Positions 36,573-45,003 of a stretch of DNA of 64,000 bases are shown piece by piece. The notes under the pieces are model-generated. The model had not been told where the DNA came from and ran no database searches. It saw only the letters and a list, made by a program, of their open reading frames with translations. This DNA comes from an uncultured Clostridia bacterium (GTDB lineage: Bacteria > Bacillota > Clostridia > Christensenellales > DTU072): the NCBI GenBank assembly GCA_944349655.1, contig CALVNL010000004.1:8819-72818 (forward strand). The letters are read 5' to 3'. Within the stretch, counting starts at the first letter, position 1; each line of letters begins with the position of its first letter. The translations under genes and the position numbers were made by a program.

Positions 36573-36749
36573 ATTCTCTCCCTTCAAGCGTGAAATCCTA
36601 ATATATTTAAATTAAGAATTTAATCTTTTACCAAAATATATTTTGATATTATAAATTATATATTTTATATAAATAGTTTTCAAGCATATATTAATAAAAG
36701 ATAAAAATAGATATGCCCGATGCTTGTCAATTTAAATATATCATTATAT

Positions 36750-36807
36750 AAACAAAAACCCCGTTGAAGGGGTCGTTTTGTTTGTATTGGCGTTCCCGGC
36801 GGGAGTC
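36750..36807 (-). repeat. Direct repeat copy B: terminator hairpin plus the last ~20 nt of tRNA-Arg (att-like remnant)
   Basis: 58 nt differing from 36947-37005 only by one A in the A-run and one G/A substitution. It diverges exactly after ...CGGCGGGAGTC. Confidence 0.8.
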
Positions 36808-36946
36808 CCTCGCACTCTCGCTATCGCTCGCCGACGGGCCTGGGCGGTATGACAGCATACTATGCTGTCAACTACGACGGCAATGCTCTTTGAATTTTCT
36901 TGTGCCGTCTATCCGCCCGTTCGACTCCCTGAATAATCTCGTATGC
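36808..36946. other. 139-bp spacer with nested inverted repeats between the two att-like copies
   Basis: GGGAGTC (36801-07) pairs with GACTCCC (36923-29). GGGCGG (36842-47) pairs with CCGCCC (36913-18). GACAGCATA-c-TATGCTGTC lies at 36851-69. GACGGCA (36876-82) pairs with TGCCGTC (36903-09). Confidence 0.4.
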
Positions 36947-37005
36947 AAACAAAAAACCCCATTGAAGGGGTCGTTTTGTTTGTATTGGCGTTCCCGGCGG
37001 GAGTC
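36947..37005 (-). repeat. Direct repeat copy C: tRNA-Arg 3' end plus its terminator hairpin
   Basis: Partner of 36750-36807. The hairpin CAAACAAAAAACCCC-attgaa-GGGGTCGTTTTGTTTG serves as the tRNA terminator on the - strand. Confidence 0.8.
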
Positions 37006-37062
37006 GAACCCACGGCCTTCCGCTTAGGAGGCGGACGCTCTATCCTACTGAGCTACGGAAAC
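36986..37062 (-). tRNA. tRNA-Arg (anticodon CCU), CCA encoded
   Basis: Reverse complement is GTTTCCGTAGCTCAGTAGGATAGAGCGTCCGCCTCCTAAGCGGAAGGCCGTGGGTTCGACTCCCGCCGGGAACGCCA. It has a 7-bp acceptor stem, anticodon loop CUCCUAA and T-loop GGTTCGACTCC. Confidence 0.92.
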
Positions 37063-37091
37063 TTAAATGCCTTTTTCGCTTTCGCATAACT

Positions 37092-37120
37092 ATAATAATC
37101 TTTAAGCACCGTTTTGTCAA
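37092..37120 (-). promoter_or_regulatory. Sigma-A-type promoter for tRNA-Arg
   Basis: Minus strand reads TTGACA, 17-nt spacer, TATTAT, about 30 nt upstream of the tRNA 5' end. Confidence 0.6.
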
Positions 37121-37183
37121 GAGAATACGCTTTTTTACACTTAGCTCTTCTCCCGCATCGTAGGAAAATTTAGCTTTTCGGAA

Positions 37184-37212
37184 TTGACACGAAGTACGTT
37201 TCGTTGTATAAT
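37184..37212 (+). promoter_or_regulatory. Consensus sigma-A promoter for the ferredoxin gene
   Basis: TTGACA (37184-89), 17-nt spacer, TATAAT (37207-12). Confidence 0.7.
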
Positions 37213-37245
37213 GAAGAAAACCAAAATATAAGGAGATTGATTATT

Positions 37246-37416
37246 ATGGCATATGTAATTAACGATACTTGCATCAGCTGCGGTTCCTGTGAAGGCGAAT
37301 GCCCCGTTAGCGCTATCAGCGCAGGCGACGGAAAATACGTCATCAACGCCGACGAATGCATAAGCTGCGGTTCCTGCGCCAGCGTTTGCCCCCAGGAAGC
37401 TATCAGCGAAGAATAA
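37246..37416 (+). CDS. fdx: 2x[4Fe-4S] clostridial-type ferredoxin (56 aa)
   Basis: AAGGAGA RBS. Two CxxCxxCxxxCP motifs (CISCGSCEGECP and CISCGSCASVCP). Confidence 0.92.
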   Translation: MAYVINDTCISCGSCEGECPVSAISAGDGKYVINADECISCGSCASVCPQEAISEE

Positions 37417-37440
37417 TTTTTCTTTTTCAAAAATCGGAAA

Positions 37441-37467
37441 AAGACCGTTTTACGACGGTCTTTTTTC
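37441..37467 (+). terminator. Intrinsic terminator after the ferredoxin gene
   Basis: AAGACCGT-tttacg-ACGGTCTT followed by a T-run. Confidence 0.75.
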
Positions 37468-37558
37468 ATTTGCTCCCGAATGAAGAAATATTTTTTTTAT
37501 CGAGAAAAATTTATTGCGGTAAATTCTTGACAACCTTTTTAATATAATGTATTATTAA

Positions 37559-37584
37559 AACAATTAAACAATCATTTAATTGTT
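37559..37584. promoter_or_regulatory. Perfect 10-bp inverted repeat AACAATTAAA-N6-TTTAATTGTT upstream of the P1B ATPase: candidate operator
   Basis: Read directly from the sequence. It lies between a TTGACA...TATTAT promoter-like region (about 37526-37554) and the start codon region. Confidence 0.4.
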
Positions 37585-39441
37585 ATGAGGGAGTCTATGG
37601 CAAAACTTGAAAAATATTTACCTTTAATAAAGATAATTTTAACGTTAGCTTTACTGATAGTGGGACTTGTTGCGCCGTTAAACGAGGTCAGCGAACTTAT
37701 TGTGTTTATTGCGGCATTGATTATCATAGGTTACGAACCGTTTTGGGAATGTTGCAAAACTCTTGTGAAATTCAGGTTTGACGAAAACCTGCTTATGATA
37801 ATTGCCGCCGTAGGGGCTTTTATCTTGGGGCAGTACGCCGAAGGCATCGCGGTATTGCTTCTTAAGACGGTAGGGGAGATGTTCGAAGAGTACGCCGTAG
37901 ATAAAAGTCGTAGTTCGATAACCCGTATTGCGGAAATGAGGTCCCCGTACGCAAGGGTAGAACGCAACGGCGAATATATTGAAACCGACCCGGAAAGCGT
38001 AGTGAGAGGCGAAAAACTTTTGATTAAGCCGGGGGAGAGAGTGCCGGTCGATTGCGTTATTTGCGAGGGGGAAAGCGCATTGGACGTATCGGCTCTTACA
38101 GGGGAGTCGGCTCCGATAAACGTCGCGGCGGGAGACGCCGTTTTGAGCGGAAGTATAGTTCTTAACGGTGCTTTGACGGCATATTGCGAAAGGGAATACC
38201 GTGACGGAACGGTGGCGAGAATACTGGAAATGGTGGAGAGCGGCAAAGCCAAGAAAGCCATCACCGAAAAGTTTATAACTAAATTTGCCCGTATCTATAC
38301 TCCGGTCGTCGTTGCGGCGGCGATACTTATCGCTCTTATACCGTCCTTGATTACGGGGAACTATTCCGAGTGGATATACATAGCCCTTAATTTCCTGGTA
38401 ATAAGTTGCCCCTGCGCTCTTGTAATCAGCGTACCTTTGGCGTTTTTCAGAGGGATAGGAATAGCTTCCGGAAAAGGTATCCTTATTAAAGGAAGTCACT
38501 ATATGGAGGAATTGAGCAAAATACAGGCGGTTGCTTTCGATAAAACGGGAACTCTTACCGAAGGGCGTTTTGTTATTGAAAAAATAAATCCTTATAAAAT
38601 CGACGAAAAGGAATTTATGCAAAAAGCCCGTATTGCAGAATGTGACAGCAATCATCCGCTTGCAAAAGCCATAGTGGGAGAAAATTATAACGGAGCACGC
38701 CCCGACGTTTTCGAGGAAAGAGGCGGTAAGGGCGTGGTGGCAAAATACGGAGAAAACAGTTATCTTGCCGGGAACGCCGCTTTTCTCGCTTCAAACGGAG
38801 TGGAAATAGAAAGAAGCGAAGGCGGAAGCGTGGTTTATTTTGCCGAAAACGGACGTTATATCGGGAGTATAGTTTTGCGTGACGCCATCCGCAAAGAGGC
38901 GGAAACCGTGTCCGAAAAACTCGCTGCAGTCGGTATAAATCGGACGGTAATACTGAGCGGAGACGCAGAAAAAGAATGTAAAAGAGTTGCGGAAAATCTC
39001 GGTTTTTGCGAATATCACGGCGAATTATTGCCCGCGGATAAAGCTTTATATTTCGAGGAACTGAAAAAAGGCGGAGTAAAGGCGGCTTTTGTGGGAGACG
39101 GAATAAACGACGCTCCGAGCATAGCTTCCGCCGACGTAGGGATAGCTATGGGCGACAACGGAAGCGACGCGGCGGTGGAAAGCGCAGACGTGGTGCTTAT
39201 GAAAAACGACCCGTCCCTCGTTGCCGACGGCGTTAAAATCAGTCGCAGAACAATGCGCATAGCAAGGGAAAACATTATTTTTTCCATAGCCGTAAAGGTT
39301 GCGGTAATGGCTTTAAGCCTTGCCGGGATAGCGAGTATGTTTTTAGCGATATTTGCCGACGTAGGCGTAAGTTTTATCGCCATTCTGAACGCCGTCAGAC
39401 CGATGAAAAAAGAAAGGGAAAAAATCGCTCGGAAAAAGTAG
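37585..39441 (+). CDS. P1B-type heavy-metal-translocating ATPase (Cd/Zn/Co-type), lacking an N-terminal HMA domain
   Basis: CPC in the TM helix (VISCPCALVISVP), DKTGTLT and VGDGINDAP. No CxxC metal-binding domain at the N-terminus. An alternative start is at 37597. Confidence 0.88.
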   Translation: MRESMAKLEKYLPLIKIILTLALLIVGLVAPLNEVSELIVFIAALIIIGYEPFWECCKTLVKFRFDENLLMIIAAVGAFILGQYAEGIAVLLLKTVGEMFEEYAVDKSRSSITRIAEMRSPYARVERNGEYIETDPESVVRGEKLLIKPGERVPVDCVICEGESALDVSALTGESAPINVAAGDAVLSGSIVLNGALTAYCEREYRDGTVARILEMVESGKAKKAITEKFITKFARIYTPVVVAAAILIALIPSLITGNYSEWIYIALNFLVISCPCALVISVPLAFFRGIGIASGKGILIKGSHYMEELSKIQAVAFDKTGTLTEGRFVIEKINPYKIDEKEFMQKARIAECDSNHPLAKAIVGENYNGARPDVFEERGGKGVVAKYGENSYLAGNAAFLASNGVEIERSEGGSVVYFAENGRYIGSIVLRDAIRKEAETVSEKLAAVGINRTVILSGDAEKECKRVAENLGFCEYHGELLPADKALYFEELKKGGVKAAFVGDGINDAPSIASADVGIAMGDNGSDAAVESADVVLMKNDPSLVADGVKISRRTMRIARENIIFSIAVKVAVMALSLAGIASMFLAIFADVGVSFIAILNAVRPMKKEREKIARKK

Positions 39442-39452
39442 TTTTCTTTAAT

Positions 39453-39482
39453 AAAAACCTCCCCGACAAGGGAGGTTTTTTG
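39453..39482. terminator. Bidirectional terminator between convergent genes
   Basis: AAAAACCTCCC-cgacaa-GGGAGGTTTTTT. Confidence 0.8.
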
Positions 39483-39499
39483 TGTTCATAAAGACGGAT

Positions 39500-40237
39500 T
39501 TAACCGTAAAGCACGGGTTCGTGTTCGGGCAGACTGTCGCCGAGTTCCTTTATTTTATCCTGGAGATAAACGCAGATTTGTTTGCGTTGCAGTTTCATAG
39601 GGACGTCGGGATTATATTCTATCGGATCTCCTACGGCGAAAGTGCGGAGTTTTTCGGCGCAATAAACGGGATAAAATTTAAGTTTTTTGCCGGTTTGCTT
39701 GTAATACATCTCGGCAACCAACGGGAAGCCTGCGTTGAATTCGTAAACGTAACGGTTGACCTGATTTTCGGTGCGTTCGGGAAAAACCACCTGGGCAACC
39801 CCTTCTTCCATAGTGAAAATACTTTTTTCGAAGGTTTCCATAACTTTGGAAGACTTGTGGTAAACGGGGATGGGTTCCAACGCGCGGAACGTTTTGACTA
39901 TCAGAGGGGTCAGTAAAAATCCTAAAGGTTTAAGTTTTTTCCTTTTTCCGCTTAAAACGTTATTTTTAAGATGCTGCCAACATTCCTTGTAAAAGCAAAA
40001 ATAGTAATTTGCCCACGGACGGACGGTTTTCTTTTGCAAGAGGAAATATACGGGAGCGTAAATTTTCGTATGGTTGCAAACGAAGAACACCGGTTCGTTT
40101 TCGGCAGGTTTTTCGGTTTTCCATATAAATTCGTTTTTCGGGAAAAACAATCGCACCAATCCTCTCAGACAACGGTAGAAAGGGTGGAAGGATTTATGTT
40201 TGGAATATTCCTTGAAAGGGCTGTAATATTTTTTCAT
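39500..40237 (-). CDS. Lysophospholipid acyltransferase (PlsC-like) family protein
   Basis: VFFVCNHTKIY (NH block) and VVFPERT (FPEGT-like block). The canonical Asp of H(x)4D is not evident, so the assignment is tentative. Confidence 0.5.
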   Translation of the reverse strand: MKKYYSPFKEYSKHKSFHPFYRCLRGLVRLFFPKNEFIWKTEKPAENEPVFFVCNHTKIYAPVYFLLQKKTVRPWANYYFCFYKECWQHLKNNVLSGKRKKLKPLGFLLTPLIVKTFRALEPIPVYHKSSKVMETFEKSIFTMEEGVAQVVFPERTENQVNRYVYEFNAGFPLVAEMYYKQTGKKLKFYPVYCAEKLRTFAVGDPIEYNPDVPMKLQRKQICVYLQDKIKELGDSLPEHEPVLYG

Positions 40238-40357
40238 ATTGTTATATTATCATAAACGCCGATATCCCCGCAAGGGAATTTAACTTATTTCGGGAAGGAG
40301 AGTTTTTACGACCTTTTTCGACGACTTCATTAAAATGCCCGACTTCGGTTATTATAG

Positions 40358-40386
40358 TTGCAAAAATACGACTTTAACAATATAAT
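40358..40386 (+). promoter_or_regulatory. Sigma-A-type promoter for tyrS
   Basis: TTGCAA (40358-63), 17-nt spacer, TATAAT (40381-86). This leaves only a leader of about 25-30 nt. Confidence 0.65.
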
Positions 40387-40418
40387 ATTAGTTAATATAT
40401 TTTACGGCGGAGGAAAAA

Positions 40419-41627
40419 ATGCCTAACATAATGGATATCCTCAGAGAAAGAGGATTTATAAAGCAAACCGTTTACGAAGACGAATTGTACGAACTTCTCG
40501 GAAAACAATCGGTACCCTTTTATATCGGGTTCGATCCCACAGCCGACAGTTTGCACGTAGGTCACTTCCTTGCTCTGATGGCTATGAGCCATATGCAGAA
40601 GGCAGGACACAAACCCATAGTTCTGATAGGCGGCGGTACGGCTATGATAGGCGACCCTTCGGGCAGGACGGATATGAGGGGAATGATGACTAAAGAAACC
40701 ATCGCCCATAACTGCGCCTGTTTCAAAAAACAGATGGAAAGATTTTTCAGCTTCGAAGGAGAGAACGCGGCGGTTATGGTCAATAACGCAGACTGGCTTC
40801 TCAACCTCAATTACGTGGATTTCATAAGAGACATAGGAGTGCATTTCTCGGTAAACCGTATGTTGTCGGCGGAGTGTTTCAAACAGCGTATGGAAAAGGG
40901 ATTAAGTTTCCTCGAATTCAACTATATGCTGATGCAGAGTTACGATTTTCTGGTGCTGTGCCAAAAATACGGGTGTCTTTTACAGTGCGGCGGCGACGAC
41001 CAGTGGTCGAACATTCTTGCCGGCGCCGACCTCATAAGGAGAAAGGAAGGGAAAGCGGCATTTGCCATGACTTTCGAACTTCTGACCACTTCGGAAGGAA
41101 AGAAAATGGGCAAGACCCAGAAAGGAGCGGTATGGCTGGACCCGCAGAAAACCACTCCTTACGAATTTTATCAGTATTTCCGCAACGTGGACGACGCAGA
41201 CGTCAATAAATGCATGCGTTTCCTGACCTTTATGGATATGGCGGAAATCAACGAACTTACCGCTTATATGGACGAAAGAATGAACAAAGCCAAAGAGCGT
41301 CTTGCTTACGAAGTCACCAAGATAGTTCACGGCGAAGAGGAAGCGGAAAAAGCGGCAGCTCAGGCAAAAGGCGCTTTTTCGGGAGACGAAGACGCAATGC
41401 CCACGATGGAAGTTACGCTGGAAAGTCGCAACGTGGTGGACGTACTGTGTCAACTCAATATAGCCAAAAGCAAAGGCGAAGCCAAACGTCTCATAGACGG
41501 CGGCGGAGTAAAGATAAACGACGACGTGGTGACGGGGTACGGAGCCGAACTCACCGACAGTCAGTTCAATAACGGGTTTATCCTTCACAAAGGCAAAAAG
41601 GTGCATATAAGGGTTAAGGTTCTGTAA
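40419..41627 (+). CDS. tyrS: Tyrosine--tRNA ligase
   Basis: HIGH motif (LHVGH), KMSKS motif (KMGKT) and a C-terminal S4-like domain. GGAGG RBS. Confidence 0.95.
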   Translation: MPNIMDILRERGFIKQTVYEDELYELLGKQSVPFYIGFDPTADSLHVGHFLALMAMSHMQKAGHKPIVLIGGGTAMIGDPSGRTDMRGMMTKETIAHNCACFKKQMERFFSFEGENAAVMVNNADWLLNLNYVDFIRDIGVHFSVNRMLSAECFKQRMEKGLSFLEFNYMLMQSYDFLVLCQKYGCLLQCGGDDQWSNILAGADLIRRKEGKAAFAMTFELLTTSEGKKMGKTQKGAVWLDPQKTTPYEFYQYFRNVDDADVNKCMRFLTFMDMAEINELTAYMDERMNKAKERLAYEVTKIVHGEEEAEKAAAQAKGAFSGDEDAMPTMEVTLESRNVVDVLCQLNIAKSKGEAKRLIDGGGVKINDDVVTGYGAELTDSQFNNGFILHKGKKVHIRVKVL

Positions 41628-42268
41628 TGGAATATCTGACCGTCGAAGGAAGCGAGGAAGCCCGTTACGAAATAAAAAAATCCGTTTTTATCGGCAGAAT
41701 AAAAGGAATAAACTCTTATGACGAGGGAATGGATTTCGTAAAACGGACGGCGAAGGAATTTTCCGACGCCACGCATAACTGTTACGCCGTGATAACCCGC
41801 AGCGGGGAACAGAAATTTTCCGACGACGGAGAACCGCAGGGTACGGCGGGGCAACCTATTCTGCAAACGCTGAAGCGTAAAGGTCTGACCGACGTGGCTT
41901 GCGTGGTGACGAGATATTTCGGCGGCATAAAACTCGGAGCGAGCGGACTTACGTCAAGTTACGCCGAAAGCGCCTCGTTAGTTGCCGATAAAGCCGAAAA
42001 AGCTCTTTACAAAGAAAGCCGAACAGGTTTCGTGGAAGTGGATTACGCTCTTTACCGACCGACTGCCGACAAGCTCAACGCTTTGGGGACGGTTACGGGA
42101 ACGGATTTTTCTTCGGGAGCAAAGATATATTTTGCGATACCGACGGGGTGTGAAGGGAAAGCTGCCGACCTTATATCCGCTCTTACCGCAGGGAAAGCCG
42201 AAGTTTCCTTCGGCGAAACAAAATTTATAAAATACACTAATTCGTTATTTAACGGAGGTAAAAAATGA
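41627..42268 (+). CDS. YigZ/IMPACT (UPF0029) family protein
   Basis: KKSVFIG..., ATHNCYAV and DDGEPQGTAGQPIL motifs. Confidence 0.85.
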   Translation: MEYLTVEGSEEARYEIKKSVFIGRIKGINSYDEGMDFVKRTAKEFSDATHNCYAVITRSGEQKFSDDGEPQGTAGQPILQTLKRKGLTDVACVVTRYFGGIKLGASGLTSSYAESASLVADKAEKALYKESRTGFVEVDYALYRPTADKLNALGTVTGTDFSSGAKIYFAIPTGCEGKAADLISALTAGKAEVSFGETKFIKYTNSLFNGGKK

Positions 42269-43320
42269 AAATAACGCTTACGAAACAGAAAAAACAGAAA
42301 CCCGACTACAAGAATTTAGGTTTCGGCAAGTATTTTACCGACCATATGCTGGTTATGACCTATTCCGACGGGAAATGGAACGAACCGGAAATCGTCCCCT
42401 ACGCCGATTTCAGCATGGACCCTTGTACCAACGTATTGCATTACGGACAGGGAATTTTCGAAGGGTTGAAAGCGTATAAGGACGCCGACGGCAAAATAAC
42501 GATGTTCCGTCCTTACGACAATATGCGCAGAATGAACAAATCCGCCGAAAGACTTTCCATGCCCACTTTCGACGGGGAAAAAATGGTGGAATGTATCAAG
42601 GAACTCGTCCTTATCGACAGCGACTGGATACCTACCGACCCGGGGACCGCTCTTTATATCCGTCCCACGATGATAGCCAACGACAAAGCGCTGGGCGTGC
42701 ACGCCGCGCACAATTATATTTTCTACGTTATCCTTTCTCCGGTAGGAAGCTATTACGCCCACGGACTTGCTCCCACGAAAATAATGATAGAGGAAGAATA
42801 CGTCAGAGCTCCTCTCGGAGGCACGGGAGAATGTAAATGTATGGGTAACTACGCAGCCAGCCTTCTTGCCGGCGAACTCGCAAACAAAAAAGGTTACGAC
42901 CAGGTATTGTGGCTGGACGGAAAGGATAGAAAATATATCGAAGAAGTGGGTGCAATGAACATCTTTTTCGTTATCGACGGAGTGGTTATTACTCCTGCGC
43001 TGGTGGGAAGTATTCTGCACGGCATTACCCGCAGAAGTACCATTGAGGTTCTGGAGAAAGCCGGCTACAAAGTGGAAGAAAGACGTATTTCGGTGGACGA
43101 AGTGGTTAAGGCGCAGAAAGAAGGACGCCTGAACGAAAGTTTCGGAACAGGCACGGCGGCGGTTATTTCTCCCGTAGGCGTATTGCATTATAAAGGCGAA
43201 GATCTTATAGTCAACAATAACGAAATGGGACCGATTTCCCGTTACGCATACGATACCATAACCGGTATTCAGAACGGCAGACTGCCCGATGAATTCGGTT
43301 GGGTTTACAGATGTAACTGA
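42265..43320 (+). CDS. ilvE: Branched-chain amino acid aminotransferase (class IV)
   Basis: FGKYFTDHMLVM N-terminus, EGLKAY and GTGECKCMGNYAAS, typical of long-form IlvE. Confidence 0.9.
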   Translation: MKITLTKQKKQKPDYKNLGFGKYFTDHMLVMTYSDGKWNEPEIVPYADFSMDPCTNVLHYGQGIFEGLKAYKDADGKITMFRPYDNMRRMNKSAERLSMPTFDGEKMVECIKELVLIDSDWIPTDPGTALYIRPTMIANDKALGVHAAHNYIFYVILSPVGSYYAHGLAPTKIMIEEEYVRAPLGGTGECKCMGNYAASLLAGELANKKGYDQVLWLDGKDRKYIEEVGAMNIFFVIDGVVITPALVGSILHGITRRSTIEVLEKAGYKVEERRISVDEVVKAQKEGRLNESFGTGTAAVISPVGVLHYKGEDLIVNNNEMGPISRYAYDTITGIQNGRLPDEFGWVYRCN

Positions 43321-43326
43321 TATTTT

Positions 43327-44139
43327 ATGAAAAATTTTCTCTTTCTCGGCAATCCCGAAAACAGCCGTTGCCGTACGTTGGTAAAAGAAGCGTACGAATT
43401 TCTGACCGCATCGGGAGCGGAATGCAGGGCGGGAGGTAAACTCTCCGACTTAGGACTTCTCCCCGAAGCGGAAGACGACTTCCCTGCCGACGTTGCGTTG
43501 GTTTTCGGAGGAGACGGAACCATTCTCAACGCTTTGGGATTGCTGTCGGAAAAGGAAATCCCCGTTTTGGGTATCAATTTAGGACACGTCGGATACCTTG
43601 CGGCGGCGGAGCCGGAAGATACGATAAGTATTCTGAAAGATTGCCTTGAGGGAAAATATTTAACGGAAGAACGAATCACTCTGGAAGCTTGTTTCGAAGA
43701 TAAGTCGCTTTGCGGTATCAACGAAGCGGTACTTTACAGAGGGGACAAGCCGCATATTCTCAACGTAAGCGTGGGAATAAACGGACAGGAAGTCACCAGG
43801 ATAAGAGCCGACGGAATAATAGTGGCTACGCCCACGGGATCCACCGCGTATAACCTTTCTGCGGGAGGTCCGCTGATGGTGCCTACGGCGGAAAATCTCG
43901 TCGTAACCCCTATCTGCGCTCATTCCATGTTGTCAAGACCGTTGGTCGTGGGGTCGAAAGACGTCATAACTTTAACCGTGGAAGGCAATTCCGTCCTGAG
44001 CTTGGACGGCAAAACGGTGACGGAAATTTCCGCCCGTCAAGCGGTGACTTTGAAGACAGGCACAAGAAAAATCAGATTTATAAGAAGCGGTAACGACAGT
44101 TTCTATAAAACCTTACAAAAGAAATTATCCCGTCAATAA
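43327..44139 (+). CDS. nadK: NAD+ kinase
   Basis: GGDGTILNA and the ADGIIVATPTGSTAYNLSAGGP motif. Confidence 0.9.
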   Translation: MKNFLFLGNPENSRCRTLVKEAYEFLTASGAECRAGGKLSDLGLLPEAEDDFPADVALVFGGDGTILNALGLLSEKEIPVLGINLGHVGYLAAAEPEDTISILKDCLEGKYLTEERITLEACFEDKSLCGINEAVLYRGDKPHILNVSVGINGQEVTRIRADGIIVATPTGSTAYNLSAGGPLMVPTAENLVVTPICAHSMLSRPLVVGSKDVITLTVEGNSVLSLDGKTVTEISARQAVTLKTGTRKIRFIRSGNDSFYKTLQKKLSRQ

Positions 44140-44160
44140 ACGGGCAACTCGGAGAGGTAT

Positions 44161-45003
44161 ATGTTTAAGATATTGAAAAGAGAGGAACTCAATCCTACCG
44201 TCACACGGTTGGAAATCGAAGCTCCGCTCGTGGCGGCTAAAGCCCTGCCGGGGCAGTTCGTCATATTGAGAGTGGACGAAAAGGGGGAAAGGATACCCCT
44301 TACCGTAGCCGATTACGACAGAGAAAAAGGTACGGTTACCATTATTTTTCAGATAGTGGGCGGAACCACAGAAAAGCTCAATCATAAGAAAGAAGGCGAA
44401 TTTTTAGAAGATTTCGTAGGACCTTTGGGTCGCCCGTCGGAACTGGACGGGCTGAAGAAAGTAGCGGTAGTGGGCGGCGGCGTAGGGTGCGCCATAGCTT
44501 ACCCCGTAGCCAAGAAACTTGCCGAAAACGGAACGGAGGTTCATTCGGTGGTAGGGTTCAGGAATAAGGAATTGGTCATTCTCGAAAAGGAATTTTCTTC
44601 CTGTTCGGCAAAATACGTTATTATGACCGACGACGGAAGTTACGGAGAGAAAGGGCTGGTAACCGACGCCTTGGAAAAACTGATAAAAAGCGGAGAAAAC
44701 TACGACGAAGTGATAGCCATAGGTCCGCTTGTAATGATGAAATTCGTTAGCCGTCTTACCGAAAAATACGGTATCAAGACGGTAGTCAGTATGAATCCGG
44801 TTATGGTGGACGGCACGGGAATGTGCGGAGGCTGCCGCATAACCGTGGGAGGCGAAACCAAATTTGCCTGCGTGGACGGACCCGAGTTCGACGGGCATAA
44901 AGTGGATTTCGACGAGGCGATAAAAAGTTCGGCAAAATTCCGTTCCGACGAAATAGGACACAGGGAAAAGGTCTGCAATCTTTTCCGTCAGGAGGTGAAA
45001 TAA
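44161..45003 (+). CDS. nfnA: NfnA-type FAD/NAD-binding oxidoreductase subunit with a C-terminal Fe-S cysteine cluster
   Basis: PGQFVILRV and IPLTVADYD (FAD-binding barrel) and a C-terminal GMCGGCR...FACVDGPEF. Paired with a gltD-like gene. Confidence 0.8.
   Translation: MFKILKREELNPTVTRLEIEAPLVAAKALPGQFVILRVDEKGERIPLTVADYDREKGTVTIIFQIVGGTTEKLNHKKEGEFLEDFVGPLGRPSELDGLKKVAVVGGGVGCAIAYPVAKKLAENGTEVHSVVGFRNKELVILEKEFSSCSAKYVIMTDDGSYGEKGLVTDALEKLIKSGENYDEVIAIGPLVMMKFVSRLTEKYGIKTVVSMNPVMVDGTGMCGGCRITVGGETKFACVDGPEFDGHKVDFDEAIKSSAKFRSDEIGHREKVCNLFRQEVK

Larger units (their letters stand above)
27923..36749. mobile_element. Putative defence/genomic island (type I R-M plus accessory genes) next to tRNA-Arg; no recombinase seen
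   Basis: Visibly AT-rich relative to both flanks. Bracketed by direct copies of the same hairpin repeat (27877-27914 and 36750-36790). The right copy also carries the last ~20 nt of tRNA-Arg. Confidence 0.45.

Noticed and set aside
27923-36749. Integrase, excisionase or transposase that would make the R-M island an autonomous mobile element
   Set aside because: Every ORF over 60 aa in the island was accounted for: ATPase/TOPRIM, hsdS, hsdM, X and hsdR. The remaining track ORFs are antisense shadows, and none shows recombinase motifs. The island is therefore reported only as a putative, non-autonomous insertion.
36851-36869. Second LexA operator: GACAGCA-tacta-TGCTGTC shares the ACAGCA/TGCTGT arms with the palindrome upstream of lexA
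   Set aside because: The arm spacing differs (5 nt versus 2 nt), so a dimeric repressor could not bind both in the same register. There is no gene start next to it. I treat it as coincidence unless a genome-wide motif search says otherwise.
36764-37027. 87-aa + strand ORF spanning the att-like repeats and running antisense into tRNA-Arg
   Set aside because: The apparent internal protein repeat (KGSFCLYWRSRRES twice) is just the translated DNA direct repeat. There is no RBS, and it overlaps a bona fide tRNA.
39482-39916. 144-aa + strand ORF opposite the PlsC-like acyltransferase gene
   Set aside because: It is antisense to a gene with recognisable acyltransferase blocks. It begins inside the bidirectional terminator and has no RBS.
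40238-40418. T-box riboswitch upstream of tyrS, as is usual in Bacillota
   Set aside because: A good TTGCAA-17-TATAAT promoter leaves only a leader of about 25-30 nt. I could find no specifier hairpin, no conserved T-box sequence (AAnnnGGGTGGTACCGCG-like) and no terminator.
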